From Desulfocapsa sulfexigens DSM 10523 (GTDB taxonomy: Bacteria > Desulfobacterota > Desulfobulbia > Desulfobulbales > Desulfocapsaceae), in assembly GCF_000341395.1 (NCBI RefSeq), contig NC_020304.1, forward strand, positions 1,950,001-1,982,000: a stretch of 32,000 nt of DNA, read 5' to 3'. Positions 26,012 through 32,000 of this stretch are shown piece by piece; position 1 is the stretch's first letter; the number at the start of each line of letters is the position of its first letter. Position numbers and translations under genes: made by a program. Under the pieces are notes generated by a model. That model saw only the letters and a program-made list of their open reading frames with translations, did not search any database and was not told the origin of the DNA.

Positions 26012-26380
26012 ATGGCTGAAGCGAAGCAAGGTTATGAGCAAAGGCGGACGACACGCAGGCATCTGGTCTTTTATTCGAGAGTGTTTGACGGGATGTCCAG
26101 TCGGGTGTTGGGCCATCTGATGGATATCTCTTCTGAAGGCCTTATGCTGCTGAGCGATGGCCCTGTTGAAGTGAATGAAGAGTATCGTTTGCGTATGCGT
26201 CTGCCAAAAGAAGTGTCAGGCAGTGATGAGATAGTGTTTGGAGCTGTGAGTCGCTGGTGTCGCCAGGATGAAAATCCAGACTTTTATGTGATCGGGTTTC
26301 AGATTCAGGATATGGACGATGAAACGAGAAGATCTGTTGCTGACCTTATTGAGGAGTTTGGGGTTCAGGATCAGCCCTGA
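26012..26380 (+). CDS. Single-domain PilZ protein (predicted c-di-GMP binding)
   Basis: RRTTRR (RxxxR) followed 22 aa later by DISSEG (DxSxxG). GGGGGGGA RBS. The start is 2 nt after the UPF0280 stop. Confidence 0.8.
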   Translation: MAEAKQGYEQRRTTRRHLVFYSRVFDGMSSRVLGHLMDISSEGLMLLSDGPVEVNEEYRLRMRLPKEVSGSDEIVFGAVSRWCRQDENPDFYVIGFQIQDMDDETRRSVADLIEEFGVQDQP

Positions 26381-27252
26381 AGGGCCTCTCGGATGAGTTC
26401 CTCTTTGAAGAGGGCTACGAATTGCTCTATGTCTTCCTGCCAGCCGCGGAAAACAGAAAGTCCCTCATTCTCCAGTCGCTGATTATTGAGAATGGAATTG
26501 GCGGGGCGATGGGCAGGCGTTGGGTATTCTGCTGTGGTACAGGGTGTGATCCGGTATGGCAATCTCATGGTATCAAGAAAATAACATGCTCCTTCGTACC
26601 AGGTGGAAGAACCCGTGGCCGTTGCATGAACAATACCCTGCATTTCGGGTGATAATACTGCCTGAATCTGACGGGCAAGGGTGGCGGTCCAGGTCAGTGA
26701 CCCATACTGGTCGTTGACCACTTTTAACTCACGTGTCGGGTCTGCCAGGGCAAGACGCAATATGGTCTTTAAAAAGTTTTTTCCTTTCCAACCATAAAGC
26801 CAGGCCGTACGAAGAATAAGATAGTTGGATGAATATGCCTCGATGGCCTGTTCTCCGGCAAGCTTACTTCTCCCATATTCCGACAGCGGTGCAACATCTT
26901 CATCTTCAGAGTAGCTTTCGGTAGCTGTTTTTTTGCCATCAAAGACATAATCGGTGGATATGTGAATAAGTCTGGCACCAGTCTCCTCTGCCTGTCTGGC
27001 TAGGTTTTCCGGGCCGGTTGCATTAACCTGCCATGCAAGTTGTGTTTCTGTTTCACATTTATCAACGGCGGTATAGGCGGCGCAGTTAATAACGATATCG
27101 GGTTGATAGTTGGAGAAGATGGAGGCTACCTGACTTGTGTTGCTTATGTCAAGTTGGCGTGAACCGCAGGACATGACCTCGTGATCAGCGTCAAGCAGTG
27201 AGCCCACATCCTGCCCCAGCTGGCCATGACCACCGCAAATCAGTATCTTCAT
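26371..27252 (-). CDS. rfbD: dTDP-4-dehydrorhamnose reductase
   Basis: [25 protein letters not shown] and ISTDYVFDG. Confidence 0.9.
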   Translation of the reverse strand: MKILICGGHGQLGQDVGSLLDADHEVMSCGSRQLDISNTSQVASIFSNYQPDIVINCAAYTAVDKCETETQLAWQVNATGPENLARQAEETGARLIHISTDYVFDGKKTATESYSEDEDVAPLSEYGRSKLAGEQAIEAYSSNYLILRTAWLYGWKGKNFLKTILRLALADPTRELKVVNDQYGSLTWTATLARQIQAVLSPEMQGIVHATATGSSTWYEGACYFLDTMRLPYRITPCTTAEYPTPAHRPANSILNNQRLENEGLSVFRGWQEDIEQFVALFKEELIREALQG

Positions 27253-28139
27253 GAGAATTCAGACCCGGATTCCTGCTCATTGGCAATATCCATAAGGTAC
27301 TGACCGTACTGATTCTTCAGCATATCTTTCGCCAGTTTTCTCATTTGACTGGTGTCGATATAGCCGAGGCTGTATGCTATCTCTTCAATGCAGGCGACTT
27401 TCAAGCCCTGCCTGTCCTGCACTGCCTGTACATAGCTCGATGCCTGCTGCAGTGATTCGTGGGTTCCTGTGTCCAGCCAGCAAAAACCACGACTGAGTGG
27501 TTGTACCCGGAGTTTACCGCGACGGAGGTACTCCATGTTAATATCCGTTATTTCCAACTCGCCACGTGGGGATGGTTTGATACTTTCGGCTATTGCAACA
27601 ACGTCATTATCGAAAAAATAGAGTCCAGGAACGGCGAATTTGGATTTTGGTCTATTTGGTTTTTCTTCAATGCCGACCACGTTATGGTTACTGTCAAACT
27701 CGACAACTCCATAGCGTTCAGGGTCTTTTACCGGGTAGCCGAAGATGAGACCGCCATCCGAAAGTTCAGAACATTCATGAAGGAGATGGGAGAAGCCGGA
27801 TCCGAAAAAGATATTGTCGCCCAGAATCAAGGCCACATTATCATCGCCTATAAAGGATTTTCCGATGATAAAAGCCTGAGCCAGCCCTTCAGGCTCGGGT
27901 TGTTCCGCGTAACTGATGGAGATCCCGAGGTGTGTACCGTCACCGAAAAGTTCGCTGAATTGTGGCAGGTCACGTGGGGTTGAAATGATAAGGATGTCTT
28001 TGATGCCTGCCAGCATAAGAACGGACAGGGGGTAATAGATCATCGGTTTGTCATAGACCGGAATGAGCTGTTTTGAAAGCACTCTGGTTAAGGGATAAAG
28101 TCTGGTTCCGGATCCGCCGGCTAGGATAATACCTTTCAT
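27249..28139 (-). CDS. rfbA: Glucose-1-phosphate thymidylyltransferase
   Basis: [19 protein letters not shown] prefer ATG 28139 over the track start at 28193. The stop overlaps the rfbD start (ATGA). Confidence 0.95.
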   Translation of the reverse strand: MKGIILAGGSGTRLYPLTRVLSKQLIPVYDKPMIYYPLSVLMLAGIKDILIISTPRDLPQFSELFGDGTHLGISISYAEQPEPEGLAQAFIIGKSFIGDDNVALILGDNIFFGSGFSHLLHECSELSDGGLIFGYPVKDPERYGVVEFDSNHNVVGIEEKPNRPKSKFAVPGLYFFDNDVVAIAESIKPSPRGELEITDINMEYLRRGKLRVQPLSRGFCWLDTGTHESLQQASSYVQAVQDRQGLKVACIEEIAYSLGYIDTSQMRKLAKDMLKNQYGQYLMDIANEQESGSEFS

Positions 28140-28325
28140 AAAAGTAGTTATGTTGATAGAATTGTTGTTGTTTGCTAAGTAGTGGGGTGGCAAGAGAGAG
28201 GAGTAAAGAATGATTGCTGAAGGAAATCACAGTAATTTGCATTTTCCCACTCTTCCACCTTCAGCCCGGTTACCTTCACCATAATAGGTCTTTTTTGAAA
28301 ATCATACAGAAAAAAGGATAAATTG

Positions 28326-29687
28326 ATGAGTACAGCAATCCCCGCCTGTTTTAAGGCCTATGATATCAGAGGAAAGGTCCCGGATGAGTTAAACCCTGGT
28401 CTTGCACGGAATATTGGACGTGCCTACGCGACTTTTTTTCAGCCACGAAAGGTGGCAGTCGGGCATGATATCAGACTCAGTAGTCCGGAGTTGACTTCTG
28501 CCCTGGTCGAAGGCCTGCTTGAGTCGGATGTGGACGTACTGCATCTCGGGTTGTGTGGTACAGAGGAAATTTACCATGCCGCTTTCAGTATGGAGAAGAG
28601 AGGGGTGGATGGTGGAATTGTTGTTACGGCAAGCCATAACCCTGCAGATTATAACGGACTGAAGTTTGTGACAAAAGGGGCCCGGCCAGTGACGGGAGAG
28701 GCTGGCCTTAAACAGATGGCAGAGTTGATCGTGAAGGGAGAACTGCCGCCACCTGCAGGAAAAAGAGGGGTGGAAATAGCAGCTGAAAATAAAGGTGAAT
28801 ACATTGAACATCTCCTGAGCTATGTGAACAGAGAGGAACTCGCACCCTTAAAAGTTGTGGTGAATAACGGAAATGGCTCTGCGGCACCCGTGGTTGATTT
28901 GCTTGAACAGGAACTCCCGTTCGCCTTTGTAAAGGCTTTTCATGAGCCTGATGGGAGTTTTTCGAACGGTGTTCCAAATCCCTTGCTCCCGGAAAAACGA
29001 GAAGAGACAGCAAGGTTGGTACGAGAGCAGGGCGCAGACTTTGGAGTTGCCTGGGATGGTGATTTTGACCGCTGCTTTTTCTGGGATGAAAAGGGAAATT
29101 TTATTGAAGGCTATTATGTCGTAGGATTGCTGGCTCTTGAGCTTCTTAATCATAATCCTGGCGGGAAAATTCTCCACGATCCCCGTCTTATCTGGAATAC
29201 CCAGGAACTGGTGAGGGCTGCAGGAGGTGTTCCGATTATGGTCCGAACCGGGCATGCTTTTATTAAGGAACGGATGCGACTGGAAGATGCTATTTACGGT
29301 GGTGAGATGTCTGCACACCATTATTTCAAAAGCTTTGGCTATTGCGATTCCGGAATGATCCCCTGGCTTCTTGTTGCATCCCTGCTGAGTCGTAGGGCTG
29401 TTCCGCTGTCCACACTGGTTCGGGATTGCATGGCAGCCTACCCTGTTTCTGGAGAAATTAACTCTGTGGTGGCTGATCCGGACGCGGTGATTACAGAAAT
29501 TGAAGATCGGTTTCGGGACGGAGAAAAGGACTATACCGATGGTCTTTCCGTGTCTTTTCCTGAATTTCGTTTTAATGTAAGAAAATCAAACACCGAATCG
29601 TTGCTGCGTCTGAATGTTGAAAGTCGTGCCAATCCAGGTTTGTTGAAAGAAAAGACTGATGAGTTGTTGCAGATAATCAAAGCCTGA
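28326..29687 (+). CDS. manB: Phosphomannomutase/phosphoglucomutase
   Basis: CFKAYDIRGKVP, the phosphoserine loop TASHNPADYNG, and the metal loop GVAWDGDFDR. Confidence 0.9.
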   Translation: MSTAIPACFKAYDIRGKVPDELNPGLARNIGRAYATFFQPRKVAVGHDIRLSSPELTSALVEGLLESDVDVLHLGLCGTEEIYHAAFSMEKRGVDGGIVVTASHNPADYNGLKFVTKGARPVTGEAGLKQMAELIVKGELPPPAGKRGVEIAAENKGEYIEHLLSYVNREELAPLKVVVNNGNGSAAPVVDLLEQELPFAFVKAFHEPDGSFSNGVPNPLLPEKREETARLVREQGADFGVAWDGDFDRCFFWDEKGNFIEGYYVVGLLALELLNHNPGGKILHDPRLIWNTQELVRAAGGVPIMVRTGHAFIKERMRLEDAIYGGEMSAHHYFKSFGYCDSGMIPWLLVASLLSRRAVPLSTLVRDCMAAYPVSGEINSVVADPDAVITEIEDRFRDGEKDYTDGLSVSFPEFRFNVRKSNTESLLRLNVESRANPGLLKEKTDELLQIIKA

Positions 29688-29714
29688 CGCCTGAGAAAAA
29701 AAGGAAAAAAGAAC

Positions 29715-31124
29715 ATGTCCAAAATACAACCTATAATCCTGGCAGGTGGAACCGGCTCCCGCTTGTGGCCTCTTTCCCGTGAGCTCTACCCTAAACAGCT
29801 TCTCAATCTCATTGATGAAACTTCCCTGTTGCAGACCACCGTCCTTCGCGTTGCTCAGCTTACTGAAGTATTACCTCCCTTGCTGGTTGTGGGAGAAGAG
29901 CATCGTTTTATAACTCGCAGTCAGGTGGATTGCCTGGGGGGAGGTGGCGTGTGCGATATCCTTCTGGAACCCGTTGGTCGCAATACCGCACCTGCGGTTT
30001 GTGGAGCAGTGGAGTATTGCGCAGTAAGTCTGCCCGAGGATACCATACTTCTTGTTCTGCCGGCCGATCATCTGATTCTTCGTAAGGCGGTGTTTCAAGA
30101 GGTGGTGGCCGAGGCCGTCAGGCTTGCAGTAGAAGGGAAAATAGTCACATTCGGTATTGAGCCCCAGCATCCTGAAACCGGTTATGGCTACATAGAAAAA
30201 GGGGAAGGAAGTTCTGTCAGATCCTTTCGCGAAAAACCTGATTATGAAACCGCAAAGTCCTATCTTGAGAAGGGAAATTATTTATGGAACTCTGGAATGT
30301 TTGCTTTTAGCATTAAAACGTTCCGGGAAGAGATGGAACGGCTTGCCCCTGAAATGGTATCCTGCATGAGAGAATCTGTTCTGCTTGGCAAGAGAGATGG
30401 AAGCTTTTTCAGGTTGGATGAGGCTGCTATGTCCCGTAGCCCGAGTGATTCCATCGATTATGCGCTCATGGAGAAGACGGATCGGGCCGCAGTGGTTGCG
30501 GCTGATCTCGACTGGAGCGACATTGGCTCCTGGCATGCCCTGTGGGAAGTTTCCGCCAAAGACAAAGATGGTAATGTTACCAAGGGCGACGTTATTCTGG
30601 AGGACACAAAAAACTGCCTGATACGCTCTGAAGACACTCTTGTGGCCACCGTTGGGCTGGAGGATATTCTTGTCGTTGAAACATCCGATGCTGTTTTGGT
30701 GGCACCTCTTTCCCGGGCTCAGGATGTTAAAAAGATTGTTGCGAGACTAAAAAAAGACAGCAGGAGTGAGTTCAAGCTTCATCGTACAGTATACAGGCCC
30801 TGGGGCAGTTATACCGTGCTTGAGCAGCATGAACGGTATCAGATAAAACGTATTACCGTGAGTCCCGGTTCAAAACTTTCCCTGCAGATGCATCATCACC
30901 GCCATGAGCATTGGGTTGTGGTTTCGGGAACGGCACGTATTACAAATGGCGAGAAGGTTTTTCTCCTGTACGAAAATCAGTCAACCTATATTCCTGCTGG
31001 CGTCAATCATCGCCTGGAGAACCCAGGGGTTATGGATCTTGAATTGATTGAGGTGCAGAATGGGAGTTATCTGGGTGAGGATGATATCGTGCGGTTTGAG
31101 GACGATTACGGTCGTGGTGAGTAG
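29715..31124 (+). CDS. manC: Mannose-1-phosphate guanylyltransferase / mannose-6-phosphate isomerase (bifunctional type)
   Basis: PIILAGGTGSRLWPLSR at the N-terminus. C-terminal cupin HHHRHEHWVVVSGTA. Confidence 0.93.
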   Translation: MSKIQPIILAGGTGSRLWPLSRELYPKQLLNLIDETSLLQTTVLRVAQLTEVLPPLLVVGEEHRFITRSQVDCLGGGGVCDILLEPVGRNTAPAVCGAVEYCAVSLPEDTILLVLPADHLILRKAVFQEVVAEAVRLAVEGKIVTFGIEPQHPETGYGYIEKGEGSSVRSFREKPDYETAKSYLEKGNYLWNSGMFAFSIKTFREEMERLAPEMVSCMRESVLLGKRDGSFFRLDEAAMSRSPSDSIDYALMEKTDRAAVVAADLDWSDIGSWHALWEVSAKDKDGNVTKGDVILEDTKNCLIRSEDTLVATVGLEDILVVETSDAVLVAPLSRAQDVKKIVARLKKDSRSEFKLHRTVYRPWGSYTVLEQHERYQIKRITVSPGSKLSLQMHHHRHEHWVVVSGTARITNGEKVFLLYENQSTYIPAGVNHRLENPGVMDLELIEVQNGSYLGEDDIVRFEDDYGRGE

Positions 31125-31240
31125 GAATACTTTCTAAGCACCTCAGTTGCTCATGATCGCTTCATTTCATATGATGTAACTTCTGTGAGCCGATCACGAG
31201 CGCTGAGAGTGACGCTAAGTCCTTATGAAGAGGGCTCCTC

Positions 31241-32000
31241 CTATGAATGTTCTGGAAATAATTTATGTATTGCCTCTTTATTGGCTGCGACAACTCCCCG
31301 TTCTGTGATAAGGCCAGTCACCAGGCGTGCTGGCGTGATATCAAAGCTGTAGTTCAGTGCCCGGGTTCCAGGCGCGGTAAGTTGTACCGTCTCAATCCTG
31401 CCGTTATCGGTCAGGCCACTGATGGTGGTGACTTCATCGCCTGAACGCTCTTCAATGGGGATGTCGCTGCCATTGCTAATATTCCAGTCAAATGTGGAAG
31501 AGGGCAGGGCAACATAAAAAGGAATGTTGTTGTCATGAGCGGCCAGTGCTTTCAGGTAGGTTCCTATTTTATTTGCCACATCTCCTGTATGGGTGGTTCT
31601 GTCGGTTCCCACAATTACCATATCTACCATCTTCTGCTGCATAAGATGTCCTCCTGCGTTATCCGTTATCAGGGTGCAGGGTATTCCTTCCTGCTGCAGT
31701 TCCCAGGCAGTTAGTTTTGCCCCCTGGTTCCAGGGGCGTGTCTCGTCGACCCACACATGGACATCTATCCCGGCGTCCCTCGCCGCATAAATAGGAGCAG
31801 TTGCGCTCCCGTAGTCTACAAAGGCAAGCCAACCGGCATTGCAGTGGGTGAGGATATTGACAGTCCCACCACTCTTAGCCGTACTTATGTCCCTGATGAT
31901 CCCAGATCCATGTTGTCCGAGTGCCTTGCAGAAGGCAGCATCTTCGTCGGCAATTTCACAGGCTGTTTCAAAGACAATTCTTTTTTTGTCCTCCTCATCG
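31241..32000 (-). CDS. mtnA: S-methyl-5-thioribose-1-phosphate isomerase (MtnA/eIF-2B family); the N-terminus lies outside the window
   Basis: The frame stays open upstream of the track ORF: ...[52 protein letters not shown]..., then [18 protein letters not shown]. Confidence 0.85.
   Translation of the reverse strand, partial: DEEDKKRIVFETACEIADEDAAFCKALGQHGSGIIRDISTAKSGGTVNILTHCNAGWLAFVDYGSATAPIYAARDAGIDVHVWVDETRPWNQGAKLTAWELQQEGIPCTLITDNAGGHLMQQKMVDMVIVGTDRTTHTGDVANKIGTYLKALAAHDNNIPFYVALPSSTFDWNISNGSDIPIEERSGDEVTTISGLTDNGRIETVQLTAPGTRALNYSFDITPARLVTGLITERGVVAANKEAIHKLFPEHS

Noticed and set aside
28216-28265. An 8-bp inverted repeat, GCTGAAGG ... CCTTCAGC, separated by 34 nt in the rfbA/manB divergent promoter region
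   Set aside because: It is short with a long loop, so it could arise by chance. I found no second copy or known operator consensus.
31160-31202. An imperfect hairpin (GCTCATGATCG / CGATCACGAGC, 21-nt loop containing the palindrome TCATATGA) between convergent manC and mtnA
   Set aside because: It has one mismatch, a large loop and no U-tract on either strand. It is not convincing as an intrinsic terminator.

Overview
This is a gene-dense window with about 34 protein genes, and most gaps between them are under 200 bp. It reads as core chromosome of a Gram-negative anaerobe. A Thermodesulfobacteriota ('deltaproteobacterial') origin is only an inference from the HdrC/MvhD/MetV-type redox genes.

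Gene order, left to right:
- A minus-strand TolC(LapE)-LapG-LapD c-di-GMP adhesin-release module. LapD runs off the left edge and is absent from the ORF track.
- hup, lgt, mnmG, trkA and trkH (convergent), and a SAM methyltransferase.
- The origin-proximal cluster rpmH-rnpA-yidD-yidC-jag-mnmE followed by epd. rpmH is below the 60 aa track cutoff and I found it by hand.
- elbB and hpt.
- A three-gene Fe-S operon (HdrC-like, MvhD, MetV-like) with no catalytic partner.
- moeA, mutM, an Sfp-type PPTase and cvpA.
- An overlapping DUF2064/GT2 pair, divergent from a UPF0280-PilZ pair.
- rmlA-rmlD, manB-manC, and a partial mtnA at the right edge.

I saw no rRNA, tRNA, CRISPR array, IS element, prophage or obvious defence genes.

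Nothing here is a clear-cut new system. The best candidates for follow-up are the UPF0280-PilZ plus DUF2064/GT2 divergent cluster and the orphan HdrC-MvhD-MetV operon. All protein calls rest on motif recognition by eye, and no searches were run.
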